This document shows positions 38,025 through 48,234 of a stretch of DNA of 64,000 bases, piece after piece; position 1 is the first letter of the stretch; the number at the start of each line of letters is the position of its first letter. The notes under the pieces are model-generated. The model was not told the origin of the DNA, did not search any database, and worked only from the letters and a program-made list of their open reading frames with translations. The stretch comes from Acidimicrobiales bacterium. GTDB taxonomy: Bacteria; Actinomycetota; Acidimicrobiia; Acidimicrobiales; JBBRKR01. The DNA is taken from the NCBI GenBank assembly GCA_038231795.1, contig JBBRKR010000004.1, positions 68,651 through 132,650 on the forward strand, read 5' to 3'. A program made the position numbers and the translations under genes.

Positions 38025-39905
38025 GTGCTGCTCGTGCCTGCTGTAGCCAACCCGCCCTTCGGCGCGGTCGCCCCTACCCAGACGGCCGTCAATGAGCCAG
38101 CGCCAGAGCATCCGTTCGAGCCCGTCAACGTTCGATTGAATAGCCACGAGCCACGAGCGAACATCGATCCTGATCGATCCAAGAAGTGGATCCGTCGAGT
38201 AATGCCAATACTTTTGGCCCATAAATTGCTGTTTTTCTCCAGCATTTTTGCCGCCGTCATCGCGTTAGGCAGCCAGGTCGCTATTCCACGAATAATGGGC
38301 GCTGCCATCGATCATGCGCTCACCAAAAAGACCGTGGGACTCAGCGTGTACGTGACGGCGATTTTGATCGTGGGCACTACTCGTGCCGTGTTGACGTTCG
38401 CCTACCGGCAAGGCATGTACCGCATGGCGTGGGAAATCGAGACTGATCTCCGAAGCCTGATGTATCGCCACATGTCGAAGCTCAGCTTCGATTTCTACGA
38501 TCGAGTGCAATCGGGCCAACTCATTTCGCGGGCCAACTCCGACATTCGCAGCATGCAGCTATTTCTCAGTTTTGCCCCGTTCTTAAGCCTGTCGATTATC
38601 AGCTTTTTCGGGGCATTGGTGTACATGTTGAGCATCCACGTGGGGCTCACGTTTGTGGCGATCGCCACCGTGCCGCTCGTGTATTGGAGCGGCGTGAAGC
38701 TACGAAATCTCAGCTTTCCCGTCAGTTGGATCGTGCAATCCAGGATGGCCGAAATCACCACGGTGGTCGATGAAAACATCACGGGCATGCGGGTGGTGCG
38801 AAGTTTCGCCGCCGAGAAATCTCAGATCAAGGTGCTCGCAGCCGCCGCCCGAAAACTGCGGTGGGCCACCGTCTTACAAAACAATGCGCGAGCAAAATAC
38901 GGGCCGTTCATGGAGAATCTGCCTCGCCTCGGACTGGCTGCAGTGCTGCTCTACGGCGGTCGACTGGCTATCGACGGCACAGTCACAATCGGTCAAATTG
39001 TGGCCTTCAACGCCTATGTGGTGATGCTGCAAGCACCATTTCGAATGCTGGGTTTCATGCTCATGTTGGGTCAACGAGCAGCTGCTTCGGCTGAACGAAT
39101 TTACGAAGTGCTCGACGAGGTTCCTACTATCGCCGAGCGGCTCGGCGCCATTGATCTCATCTCACCGCGTGGCGCTGTCACGTACAGTGATGTCAGTTTC
39201 GGGTATAACTCGACCGATCCAGCCAGTGCCATTTTGCGACACTTTTCTCTTCACATCGAGCCGGGAGAATTTGTGGCCATCGTGGGCAGAACGGGAAGCG
39301 GGAAATCTACAATCGCTCGCCTTATGCCCCGTTTTTACGACGTCAACACGGGGTCCATCAGTATCGATGGACACGATGTACGCCAGCTCACGCTTCCCAG
39401 TTTGCGGGCCGCAGTCAACGTGGTTCTCGACGAAGCATTTCTGTTTTCGGCCACCATTCACGACAACATTGCCTATGGCCGCCCGGGCGCCAATCGAAGC
39501 GACGTGATCGCCGCCGCTACCGCCGCGCAAGCTCACGATTTCGTGACCGATTTGCCGGACGGTTACGACACGATCATCGGTGAGCGGGGATACACATTGT
39601 CGGGCGGCCAGCGTCAACGACTAGCGATCGCCCGCACTCTGCTCATCAACCCAGCCATCGTGGTGTTCGACGACTCGACAAGCGCCATCGACGTCACCGT
39701 GGAGGAACGCATCCACGAAGCAATCACCAAATTGTCGGCCAATCGCACCACGATCGTCATAGCCCACCGGCTTTCCACGATTGCCATGGCCCGACGAGTG
39801 ATTCTGCTCGAAGATGGACGAGTTGCGGCCGACGGAACGCATAGCGAATTGATGGAATCGTCGTCGGTATATCGCGAAATTCTCATGGCAAGCAGCGCCG
39901 ACTAA
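38025..39905 (+). CDS. ABC transporter ATP-binding/permease protein (exporter half-transporter 1)
   Basis: Six-TM ABC_membrane domain, Walker A GRTGSGKST, signature LSGGQRQRLAIAR, Walker B VVFDDSTSAID. Start uncertain (GTG 38025 or a later TTG/GTG). Confidence 0.85.
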   Translation: MLLVPAVANPPFGAVAPTQTAVNEPAPEHPFEPVNVRLNSHEPRANIDPDRSKKWIRRVMPILLAHKLLFFSSIFAAVIALGSQVAIPRIMGAAIDHALTKKTVGLSVYVTAILIVGTTRAVLTFAYRQGMYRMAWEIETDLRSLMYRHMSKLSFDFYDRVQSGQLISRANSDIRSMQLFLSFAPFLSLSIISFFGALVYMLSIHVGLTFVAIATVPLVYWSGVKLRNLSFPVSWIVQSRMAEITTVVDENITGMRVVRSFAAEKSQIKVLAAAARKLRWATVLQNNARAKYGPFMENLPRLGLAAVLLYGGRLAIDGTVTIGQIVAFNAYVVMLQAPFRMLGFMLMLGQRAAASAERIYEVLDEVPTIAERLGAIDLISPRGAVTYSDVSFGYNSTDPASAILRHFSLHIEPGEFVAIVGRTGSGKSTIARLMPRFYDVNTGSISIDGHDVRQLTLPSLRAAVNVVLDEAFLFSATIHDNIAYGRPGANRSDVIAAATAAQAHDFVTDLPDGYDTIIGERGYTLSGGQRQRLAIARTLLINPAIVVFDDSTSAIDVTVEERIHEAITKLSANRTTIVIAHRLSTIAMARRVILLEDGRVAADGTHSELMESSSVYREILMASSAD

Positions 39906-41854
39906 TGGGTATGGGAGGCCCTCCGGCTGGATCGCCCTTCTCTGCCCCGAACGGCGGCTCCGGCTTGCCTTTTGGCGGTATACCGACAGAGATGCAAGAA
40001 CGAGTCGAACGGCTCCTCGCTCATGAACCACACCACGAGGAGCCAGCTGTCACGTTTGCAGCTGTCGATCCCGACCAACGCCCGTTCACATTGCTGAATT
40101 TCTTGAGGCCTCACAAGAAGCCGATCGCTGTCGCCCTTGGTTTGGTGGTCGTGGAAACCCTGGCCTCACAGGCTGGTCCGTTCCTCACCCAGCTCGGCAT
40201 CGACAACGGCATCCGAGCCAAATCTTTGTCGACTTTGTGGACCGTGACGCTGATCTATGTGGGCACCGTCGTGCTCGCAACGATTGTCGGCACCGTGCGT
40301 TTGCGATTCACCGGTCGATTTAGCGAGGCGCTCATGGAGTCACTGCGCATCAGAGTGTTCTCCCACCTCCAACGCCTCAGCATTGATTACTTCACAGAGG
40401 AAAAATCGGGCCGCATTCTGACTCGCATGACCTCCGACATCGAAGCCCTCAACGTGCTCTTTCAAGAGGGCCTCCTGTCGCTTGCGGTGCAGGGACTGTC
40501 GTTGCTCGTGGTGACAGTCATGCTGCTGCGTATCAACGTGGGTTTGGCGTTCCTGGTGATCGGCATCATTTTGCCGACGATGTTGGCCCTTACGTGGTGG
40601 TTCCGCACGGCTAGCGAACGGGGCAATGCCGTGGTGCGTGACCGCATCGCCGACGTGATGGCCGATCTATCCGAGAGCCTGGCCGGTATCAGAATTGTGA
40701 CTGCGTTTAACCGACGCCGACACAACATCGTCAACCACCAAAACGTATTGGGTGACTACCGGGCCGCCAGCTTGCACGTGGCCAGAATCGGTGCCGCGTA
40801 CGCTCCCGGCGCTGAGTTTGTGGGCATCATCGGGCAAGCCGTCGTGCTGGCCGTAGGCGGCCGAATGGTGATTCGCGGCCAACTCACGCTTGGCCAATTC
40901 ACGGCATTGGTGTTGTATCTCGGAAACTTCTTTGCCCCTATTCAACAACTTGTACAGCTGTACACGACGTACCAACAAGGCCAAGCGGCTGTGGCAAAAT
41001 TGCGTGATTTACTCGCTATTTCGCCTTCTGTTCCAGAGTCACCAGATGCCGTCGAATTGCCGCCCATTTCGGGCGCAATCACGATCGACGACGTCACCTT
41101 CGGGTATCAGCCAGATCGCCCTGTACTGCATAATTTGACGCTCAACATTGCTCCAGGGGAGGTCGTCGCGTTTGTCGGCGCAACAGGCGCGGGGAAATCC
41201 ACGATCGCCAAATTGGTCACCCGTTTTTACGACGTCACGAGTGGCTCGATCACCGTCGACGGCTTTGATGTGCGCGACGTCACCTTCGAGTCGTTGCGTC
41301 GCCAACTTGGTGTAGTGCCTCAGGAACCGTTCCTGTTCGCCGGTTCAATACGAGATAATTTGTCGTTTGGGCGCCGAAACGTGTCAGAAGCCGATCTCAA
41401 CGATGCCGTCGATGCAGTAGGGCTCCGAGACCTCGTAAACCGTCTTCCCGACGGCCTCGACGCACCGTGTCACGAGCGGGGCAGTTCCCTGTCGGCCGGC
41501 GAACGTCAGCTATTGGCATTGGCAAGAGCATTCCTTTCCCGACCAAGAGTACTCATCTTGGACGAGGCCACGTCGAACCTCGACCTGGCATCAGAATCGT
41601 TGATCGAGAAGGCTCTTGACGTGGTCCTCGCCGGCAGAACAGCCATCGTGATTGCCCACCGGCTGGCCACAGCAATGCGCGCCGACCGGATTGCGGTAAT
41701 CGACGTCGGACGCCTAGTCGAACTTGGAACACACACCGAATTGGTGAGACTCGGCGGCAAATATGCCGCCATGTATGCCACCTACATGCAGCACACCCAA
41801 CTTGCACCTGGGATCAACGAACTATCACCGCAGGGGCAATTTGAAAATGATTGA
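39905..41854 (+). CDS. ABC transporter ATP-binding/permease protein (exporter half-transporter 2)
   Basis: Start overlaps the previous stop. Walker A GATGAGKST, signature LSAGERQLLALAR, Walker B LILDEATSNLD. Confidence 0.9.
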   Translation: MGMGGPPAGSPFSAPNGGSGLPFGGIPTEMQERVERLLAHEPHHEEPAVTFAAVDPDQRPFTLLNFLRPHKKPIAVALGLVVVETLASQAGPFLTQLGIDNGIRAKSLSTLWTVTLIYVGTVVLATIVGTVRLRFTGRFSEALMESLRIRVFSHLQRLSIDYFTEEKSGRILTRMTSDIEALNVLFQEGLLSLAVQGLSLLVVTVMLLRINVGLAFLVIGIILPTMLALTWWFRTASERGNAVVRDRIADVMADLSESLAGIRIVTAFNRRRHNIVNHQNVLGDYRAASLHVARIGAAYAPGAEFVGIIGQAVVLAVGGRMVIRGQLTLGQFTALVLYLGNFFAPIQQLVQLYTTYQQGQAAVAKLRDLLAISPSVPESPDAVELPPISGAITIDDVTFGYQPDRPVLHNLTLNIAPGEVVAFVGATGAGKSTIAKLVTRFYDVTSGSITVDGFDVRDVTFESLRRQLGVVPQEPFLFAGSIRDNLSFGRRNVSEADLNDAVDAVGLRDLVNRLPDGLDAPCHERGSSLSAGERQLLALARAFLSRPRVLILDEATSNLDLASESLIEKALDVVLAGRTAIVIAHRLATAMRADRIAVIDVGRLVELGTHTELVRLGGKYAAMYATYMQHTQLAPGINELSPQGQFEND

Positions 41855-42908
41855 ATCTCATTACATACAAACGGCTGACCTTCGCGTGCATTACCTTGCA
41901 AGTGGTCCACTCGATGGGAAACCTGTTGTTTTCGTCCATGGCTTCCCTCAAACTTCGCATCAATGGCGCCATCAACTCCAGGCGTGCGGGGAGGCCGGCT
42001 TTCGGGCGTACGCTCCCGACAATCGCGGTTTCGGGCGTACCGAAAAACCTAGAATACGCATCAGCAGAGCGCTTCTCGGTGACGACGTCGTACGTTTTCT
42101 CGATGCCGTAGGGATCGAGAGTTGCCACCTTGTGGGCCACGATTGGGGTGGCATCATTGCCTTCAAAGCGGCGATCGATCATCAAGCAAGATTCGAAACA
42201 ATTTCTCTTCTCGACACTCTGTGCACGATGTGGTCGCCCATGGCCGTTCATGGCTATTGGTTCAAAGCCCACGGCTACTCCGAACGATTTTTCGAGAGTC
42301 ACGCCAGCGACTTCATCAACGTGCTTTTTGGCGGAGCCGACGCCTCAGCGCTGGGGTCGATGCCGGATTCTCCGTGGATTATTCCGGCAGGTATCCGTGA
42401 TCAGCCCACCTGGATTAGCAACAATGACCTTGCCCACTATGCGGACAGTTTCGCTGACCCCGACGTGTGGTTTCACGCCATTCAGTACTACCGCTATGGC
42501 CTGCCGTTCCACCGCGTAGTCGCCGATTCAGACGCCCCTCGGGGCGAGGCTTACGTGGCTCTCGACGAAGCCGAAGTGGGAGCCATTTGGCTTCACGACG
42601 GCAGCATATTTACCTCGCCCGGCTACACCATCGATTCCGGCCCCGTGTTTTACGACTTCGGCCCCGAAGATCGTCACAAGCAATTCGCGGCACCAGCACT
42701 CTGGTTGTACGGAAGTTACCTGGGCGGAAATAGCGGCCAACCGGAAGGCCAAACGGTTGCGCCCACAGGCAATCCATTTGTGGATCAATTTCCTCGGTAC
42801 TTCCCCGACCTTCGCACCCGATCGGTGAATGGCGGCCACTTCCTCGGTGAAGAGTCACCAGAGTTCGTGAGTGCCACCCTCGTGGATTTTTTTAATGGCA
42901 CCATCTGA
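41847..42908 (+). CDS. alpha/beta hydrolase (epoxide hydrolase/haloalkane dehalogenase-like)
   Basis: Start ATG 41847 (MIESHYIQTADLRVHY) overlapping the ABC stop. HGFPQTSHQWRHQ and nucleophile elbow GHDWGG. Confidence 0.8.
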   Translation: MIESHYIQTADLRVHYLASGPLDGKPVVFVHGFPQTSHQWRHQLQACGEAGFRAYAPDNRGFGRTEKPRIRISRALLGDDVVRFLDAVGIESCHLVGHDWGGIIAFKAAIDHQARFETISLLDTLCTMWSPMAVHGYWFKAHGYSERFFESHASDFINVLFGGADASALGSMPDSPWIIPAGIRDQPTWISNNDLAHYADSFADPDVWFHAIQYYRYGLPFHRVVADSDAPRGEAYVALDEAEVGAIWLHDGSIFTSPGYTIDSGPVFYDFGPEDRHKQFAAPALWLYGSYLGGNSGQPEGQTVAPTGNPFVDQFPRYFPDLRTRSVNGGHFLGEESPEFVSATLVDFFNGTI

Positions 42909-43695
42909 TTCCGTTCCCGCGCTCATTTTGCGCGACGTCACGTTGATCCGAGACAACATAACAATCGTGCACGAGTTGAATTGGGAGGTGCGCGCGGATC
43001 AGCGCTGGGTAGTTCTCGGCGCCAATGGGTCAGGCAAAACCAGCCTGGTGAGCATGGCGTCGCTCTATACCCATCCGTCGTCTGGAGAAATTGAAATTTT
43101 GGGCGAACGTCTCGGCCATACCGACGTTCGCGTGCTCCGGCGTTCAATCGGCCTCGCATCATCGACACTGCGCGATCAACTTCGCCCCGACCTGACGTGC
43201 GCTGATGTTGTGATGACGCAAAAATATGCCGCACTCGAGCCGTGGTGGCACACGTACACACCAGACGATCGAGAACGAGCCCACCATCTGCTTGAACAAA
43301 TGGGGCTGGCCAATATGGGCGCCCGCACCATCTCCTCGCTGAGCTCAGGAGAGCAGCAACGGGTACTTCTGGCCCGAAGCCTCATGAATCAGCCCGGCCT
43401 CGTGCTCCTGGACGAACCAACGGCGGGGTTGGATCTGGGCGGACGAGAGCAGCTCGTAACCACGTTGGCAACTCTTGCAGCCGACCCCCACGCCGCACCT
43501 GTGGTTCTCGTGACCCATCACGTGGACGAGATCCCTCCCGGCTTCACTCACCTGCTGTGTCTACGCAAGGGCCACGTTGTGGCCAGCGGCTCGCTTGCCC
43601 AAACGCTCACTGAGGCCACGTTGGAAGCCACCTATGACATGCCACTACGCCTGGAAAAACGGGATGAACGATACGTGGCTTGGCTGCCGCGCTAA
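42895..43695 (+). CDS. stand-alone ABC transporter ATP-binding protein
   Basis: Walker A GANGSGKTS, signature LSSGEQQRVLLARSL, Walker B VLLDEPTAGLD. No adjacent permease on this strand. Confidence 0.8.
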   Translation: MAPSDSVPALILRDVTLIRDNITIVHELNWEVRADQRWVVLGANGSGKTSLVSMASLYTHPSSGEIEILGERLGHTDVRVLRRSIGLASSTLRDQLRPDLTCADVVMTQKYAALEPWWHTYTPDDRERAHHLLEQMGLANMGARTISSLSSGEQQRVLLARSLMNQPGLVLLDEPTAGLDLGGREQLVTTLATLAADPHAAPVVLVTHHVDEIPPGFTHLLCLRKGHVVASGSLAQTLTEATLEATYDMPLRLEKRDERYVAWLPR

Positions 43696-44939
43696 CAGCG
43701 AGTGAAGTTCAACGTCAAAGATTTCAACCCACGCAAGATAAAGCTGGGTTCATATTCAAGCGCGTTGCCCGCCGCCAATTCGATCGATTCGACTCTGTTC
43801 GCCAAACACTCAACCGCCACAATGGCCTCTGCCCGAGCCAATGCCGCGCCCAAGCAAAAATGAATTCCTGAGCCAAAGGCAATGTTGCGTTTGAGGTTCG
43901 CTCGGCTAGGCGAGAATGCATCGGGGTCGGTAAATAGCGATTCATCGCGATTCGCAGAGCAGTACATCAACACCGCCATTGAGCCTTTGGGTATAAGGGT
44001 TCCCGCCACTTCGACGTCTTCTGTCACAGCCCGAAACATCCCTTGGGTGGGAGTGGAAAGCCGTAGCGCCTCTTCGACCACATCGGCGGCACGGCCAGGC
44101 TCCGCACGTAACCTTGCCCACTCGGCAGGGTGCTCAGCCAACAGGCGAAGCGACTCGGTAATCAACTTGGTGGTGGTTTCATTTCCGGCCACCAAAATCT
44201 GTTGCAAGATAGAAAGCAGCTCGGCCGTCGTCAGCAGTTGGGCCTCGCCAGCATCGTTGTCAATGGTGGCGTTCACCAGATCGCTGAGCAGGTCACCAGT
44301 GGGGTGCGCACGTCGAATTTCTAACTCAGCGGCGAAATAGTGCTGGAACTCCACAATGCCCAACGCCGCTTCGATACGGCGGTCGTCGTCGGGCATAGCC
44401 CCAATGGTGGCAATCGAGTCGTCGCTCCACCTTTTGAAATCGCCCTTGCGATCGCGGGGCACGCCGAGAGCGTCGGCGATCACCTGAACAGGCAAACCCA
44501 CTGCGAATTGTTTGACCACTTCCACGACGCCGTCATCGATGAACTCGTCGATGAGTGCCTCGGTAACAGCCACCATGGTGGGCCGCAAAGCAGCGACTCG
44601 AGACGGCGTGAACGCCTTGTTCACGGTGCTGCGGTATCGGGTGTGCTCAGGAGGGTCGGCGGTAAGCATGGTCGACACTGGCGGATAACCCGTCTTGGCG
44701 ATCTCAACCAACCTGGTGTTCACAGGGCCATCGGCACCAGGGCCAAAACTGCTGAATCGATTCGAGAACGCCTTGGTATTTCGAGCGCAGGCAACCACGT
44801 CTTCGTATCGGGTCACTAGATAGATCGGCATTCCCGACACTTGAAACACCGGTTGCGTCGATCGCATGGCCTCATAGAAAGGAAATGGGCATTGCTGCGT
44901 CTGGGCGTCAAACAGGTTGAACTGGGCCAAATCGGTCAT
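43692..44939 (-). CDS. cytochrome P450
   Basis: 415-aa ORF with the I-helix AGNETT, ExxR (EEALRL) and heme loop FGSGIHFCLGAALAR. Confidence 0.9.
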   Translation of the reverse strand: MTDLAQFNLFDAQTQQCPFPFYEAMRSTQPVFQVSGMPIYLVTRYEDVVACARNTKAFSNRFSSFGPGADGPVNTRLVEIAKTGYPPVSTMLTADPPEHTRYRSTVNKAFTPSRVAALRPTMVAVTEALIDEFIDDGVVEVVKQFAVGLPVQVIADALGVPRDRKGDFKRWSDDSIATIGAMPDDDRRIEAALGIVEFQHYFAAELEIRRAHPTGDLLSDLVNATIDNDAGEAQLLTTAELLSILQQILVAGNETTTKLITESLRLLAEHPAEWARLRAEPGRAADVVEEALRLSTPTQGMFRAVTEDVEVAGTLIPKGSMAVLMYCSANRDESLFTDPDAFSPSRANLKRNIAFGSGIHFCLGAALARAEAIVAVECLANRVESIELAAGNALEYEPSFILRGLKSLTLNFTRC

Positions 44940-45373
44940 AAGGCGGAAACTAGCTCAACCAATCGGCTTTTGGCCTTGTTGATCTCGCTTTGTAACACAG
45001 GTTCCATCAACGGACCGAAAAGCGATCCCGAATATTCCAGACGCATCGTGACGTCGGTGTGCGGCGACGTGGCATCTTGCGCTTGCAACGAAACGCTGAG
45101 TCGCCACATTCCATGACTACGCCCGTCGAGCTCGTGGCGCTCGAATATCACCGACTCATCGCGCAATTCTGTACGAGTCATGCGAAGCCGTTTCGACCGG
45201 GCCAGAGGGCCCAGGCGTGCCTGCAAAACCACCTGCCACGCATCATCGCCTTCTGGTTCCACTGCCTTCACGATGTCGAGCCAGTTGGGATAGCTCGACA
45301 AATCGTCGACGACTGTATGGACTACACGCCGCTGGCGAGGAATGACCACTGATGCCACAACATTCACGCCCAA
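44936..45373 (-). CDS. SRPBCC (polyketide cyclase/dehydrase-like) family protein
   Basis: 145-aa ORF 4-nt-coupled upstream of the P450. Size and the YPNWLDIV-type N-terminal region fit SRPBCC. Family-level guess. Confidence 0.55.
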   Translation of the reverse strand: MGVNVVASVVIPRQRRVVHTVVDDLSSYPNWLDIVKAVEPEGDDAWQVVLQARLGPLARSKRLRMTRTELRDESVIFERHELDGRSHGMWRLSVSLQAQDATSPHTDVTMRLEYSGSLFGPLMEPVLQSEINKAKSRLVELVSAL

Positions 45374-45440
45374 AGTATGCCCGCTTCCGGGTCGTCACTT
45401 TGCAATGAGCAAACGCACCGGGCCAATAGCTCGCCCGGAG

Positions 45441-47081
45441 CTAGCCAGCTGTCGTGGTGGTGGTGGTTTGGCCTACAACAGTGGTGGTCACACCGGTAAT
45501 CGCATCTTTGATGGTAGGAGCCAATGTGCCGAGTTCATAGGGAGGCAGACCGGCGGCCACTCGTTTGGCCACCTCGTCGGCGATGCGCAAAATGGGGTAT
45601 GGGTTAATCGCTACTCCGCCGCCCGGATGGATTTCGAAATGCAAGTGAGGTCCTTCAGCATTGCCAGTAGTGCCACAGTAACCGACGACCTCACCGCCTT
45701 TGATGGCCTGTTGTTGGTGAAGTCCCACGGCGTACTCGCTCAAATGGGCGTAGTAGTAATAGGTGCCAGAAACGCCGGCCAACCAAATCGAGTTGCCGCC
45801 AAGTGGATTCACCCAAACCTTCTCGATGATTCCGGTCTCGGAGGCCAACAGAGCAGTACCCAACTCGCAATTTATATCAGTTCCTTGGTGCACATGGGCG
45901 AACGGCGTGCCGATCATGCGTGGGGCCCCAAATGTGTCGGTGAACGTATGCTCACCTGCCACAGGGAACACAAATCCGTCGACGGCAACTTCGCCGCCTG
46001 CCTCAAGCGACAGGACCGTTTGCCGCAAAACGCCAAGGTATTTGTCTTCATCAGCAAGGTGGATCCGCAACATCTGCACCTGGCGGCTCACGTGACGGCT
46101 TGTGTCGTACATCGCCAATTGCGCTTCTTCAACTTTGACGAGTGCGGCCTGGTAGGTCTTCAGGGCCCGATGATCGCCATCGAGTACGGCGCCAAACATG
46201 GTGCGGCGGGTTTGGGCTTGCAACGGGCTGGCCGCGTCGAGAGTTGAGTTCACTTCCAACGAGGAGCCTCTGACATACGACATCACGGATCGGTCAATGA
46301 ATACTTGTTTTGCCTCGTCAACCTTGTGTTGTAACGCCAAAATCGCATTGTTGGCGGTAACACGTTCGACGCCGAGTAACCGATACCGCTCCTGCATCGC
46401 AATAACGTCATGGGCTGAAATCTCACGCGCAGCCAGTGCATCGTCAAGGTTTTTTTTGGCCTTCTTCAGCAATGCAGCACTTACCTCCGGGTTGACCACG
46501 GCCACCTGCGGCAGCGTCGAAGCAATGGGGTTCGTCGCAATTGGAGGGGCCTCGGCAATGGCGTCGCCGTGCTTGTTGGGGTCACAGGGGTCGACTGGCA
46601 GCGTCGTCGCAGGCGCCAACGGATCGACAGTCGTGCTCGCAGTACTCGTGGTGCTCGTGGTGGATGGGGTGCTCGTCACTTCGGTGGTCGTCGTCGTTGA
46701 TGCGGAAGTTGACGACGCGCCGGCATCTACATTGGGACCACCAGTCGTTGACACAACTGGCACCGCAACAGTGGTTGTAGTGGTCGAAGTGGTACTCGAT
46801 GTTGTCGTCGTACTCGTAGCCACCGGCGAAAGGCACGGCACAGTGGTGGTCGTCGTATCGCCAACCAAAGTTGATGACGAAGACAGAGCGACTGACGTGG
46901 TCGAGGTGGATTCCGCTGCAGTGGCGGAGGAACTTGCAACGATCAGAAGGACAGCAACGCCAACGGCGTGCCACGCTTGCACACCACGCCGTCGATTGTT
47001 CACATGTGCTCTATCGGTCATTACTACCCCAACATCAAAACGCTTTACCAAAAATTCGTTAGAACTCACCGTAGTTGGCAA
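45441..47081 (-). CDS. M23 family metallopeptidase with Thr/Ser-rich region and coiled coil (paralogue 3)
   Basis: TM/signal region (WHAVGVAVLLIVASSSA), long T/S-rich low-complexity stretch, coiled coil, and M23 core HQGTDINCELGT...NAEGPHLHFEI. The likely true start is the ATG at 47021 (MTDRAHV). Confidence 0.85.
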   Translation of the reverse strand: MPTTVSSNEFLVKRFDVGVVMTDRAHVNNRRRGVQAWHAVGVAVLLIVASSSATAAESTSTTSVALSSSSTLVGDTTTTTVPCLSPVATSTTTTSSTTSTTTTTVAVPVVSTTGGPNVDAGASSTSASTTTTTEVTSTPSTTSTTSTASTTVDPLAPATTLPVDPCDPNKHGDAIAEAPPIATNPIASTLPQVAVVNPEVSAALLKKAKKNLDDALAAREISAHDVIAMQERYRLLGVERVTANNAILALQHKVDEAKQVFIDRSVMSYVRGSSLEVNSTLDAASPLQAQTRRTMFGAVLDGDHRALKTYQAALVKVEEAQLAMYDTSRHVSRQVQMLRIHLADEDKYLGVLRQTVLSLEAGGEVAVDGFVFPVAGEHTFTDTFGAPRMIGTPFAHVHQGTDINCELGTALLASETGIIEKVWVNPLGGNSIWLAGVSGTYYYYAHLSEYAVGLHQQQAIKGGEVVGYCGTTGNAEGPHLHFEIHPGGGVAINPYPILRIADEVAKRVAAGLPPYELGTLAPTIKDAITGVTTTVVGQTTTTTTAG

Positions 47082-47238
47082 ACAATTCGAAAATCATCCA
47101 AGCAAGAAATAACCCACTTAGCGAGACAACGTTAGTCACTTTAGGTGTTTTTGATTGCGCTCCAAGTCTTTCGTAAAGGTTTGTCTCACGCCACCGATGA
47201 CTCGGGCCCGGTCGTTGACGCTACGTTCTCAGAACAGG

Positions 47239-48162
47239 TCAGTGGTAGCCGAGTTCGGTGCGCCATGAGTGGCGCGGAGCGAATCCAACAAGGCGCTTGG
47301 CCTTGTCGTTGGCGTAAAACGTGGCGTCGCGACCCATCTCGCCACGACGGGGCACACCGGCGTAGAAACGTTCGTAGACCTCGTCGCTCGTCATGCCGAC
47401 CGACATGTCGTCGTTGGCGACGTTGAAGACCTCGTAGCCGAGGCCATCGGTTCCCAAGCAGCAGTCGACCATGTGTCCCAGATCACGAGCATCGATGTAG
47501 GCAAAGATGTTGCGGCGCCGAAGGCCAGGGTCGGCGAGAAACGCTGGGAAGTTGATTTCGTACTCGTGCGGCTCGATCACGTTGTTGATCCGCAACCCGT
47601 AGATGTCGATACCGGTGCGGGCCTGGAAAGATCGCGCCGTCGCCTCGTTGACGACTTTCGACATCGCGTAGCTGTCGTGCGGAACAGTTGGGTGGTCCTC
47701 ATCGATCGGGACGTATTCGGGCCGAACCTCGCCGTCAGCGAAGCAGATCCCGTACGTGGTCTCGGAGCTCGCGAATACCACCTTGCGGATCCCCAACTTC
47801 ACCGCCGCGTCGATGACGTTGTACGTGCTAAGCGTGTTGACTCGGAAGGTCTCGTTGTCGGGCCGAACCAGGATCGCCGGGATCGCCGCGAAGTGGACGA
47901 CAGCGTCGTACCTCGGGACACCAGTGCCGGCTTCCAGCTCGTCGAAGCCCGCATACCCGGAAAGAGCGTTGAACACCTGACCGGCGTCGGTCAGATCGAT
48001 GCGAAGGTCGGCGACGCCCTGGTGTCCGAGCGCCACCAGGTCTCCGTTGACCACCCGGTGTCCCTGCTCAACGAGATGGCGGATCGCATGCCGACCGGCT
48101 TTGCCGCTGCCACCAGTGAAGAAGACTCGCACACCCCAGACGCTAACACGGCGGACTGACAA
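47239..48162 (-). CDS. NAD-dependent epimerase/dehydratase family protein
   Basis: VFFTGGSGKAGRH Rossmann motif and YAMSKVVNE (YxxxK). Start could be GTG 48132. Confidence 0.8.
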   Translation of the reverse strand: MSVRRVSVWGVRVFFTGGSGKAGRHAIRHLVEQGHRVVNGDLVALGHQGVADLRIDLTDAGQVFNALSGYAGFDELEAGTGVPRYDAVVHFAAIPAILVRPDNETFRVNTLSTYNVIDAAVKLGIRKVVFASSETTYGICFADGEVRPEYVPIDEDHPTVPHDSYAMSKVVNEATARSFQARTGIDIYGLRINNVIEPHEYEINFPAFLADPGLRRRNIFAYIDARDLGHMVDCCLGTDGLGYEVFNVANDDMSVGMTSDEVYERFYAGVPRRGEMGRDATFYANDKAKRLVGFAPRHSWRTELGYH

Positions 48163-48234
48163 TCGGTCACCAAGTCAAATCTTGGTCTGGGCCAGTCGGC
48201 CACGTCAGTTGTGCATCGAGGCTACGGTGCAACC

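Noticed and set aside
47022-47238. Possible c-di-AMP (ydaO-type) riboswitch in the long leader of the M23 peptidase, since such riboswitches often precede actinobacterial cell-wall hydrolases
   Set aside because: Reading the minus strand, I find none of the conserved GGGGA-CCCA or CCGAA-type blocks of the motif as I remember it, and the region is AT-rich rather than structured GC-rich. It would still need an Rfam scan to be formally excluded.
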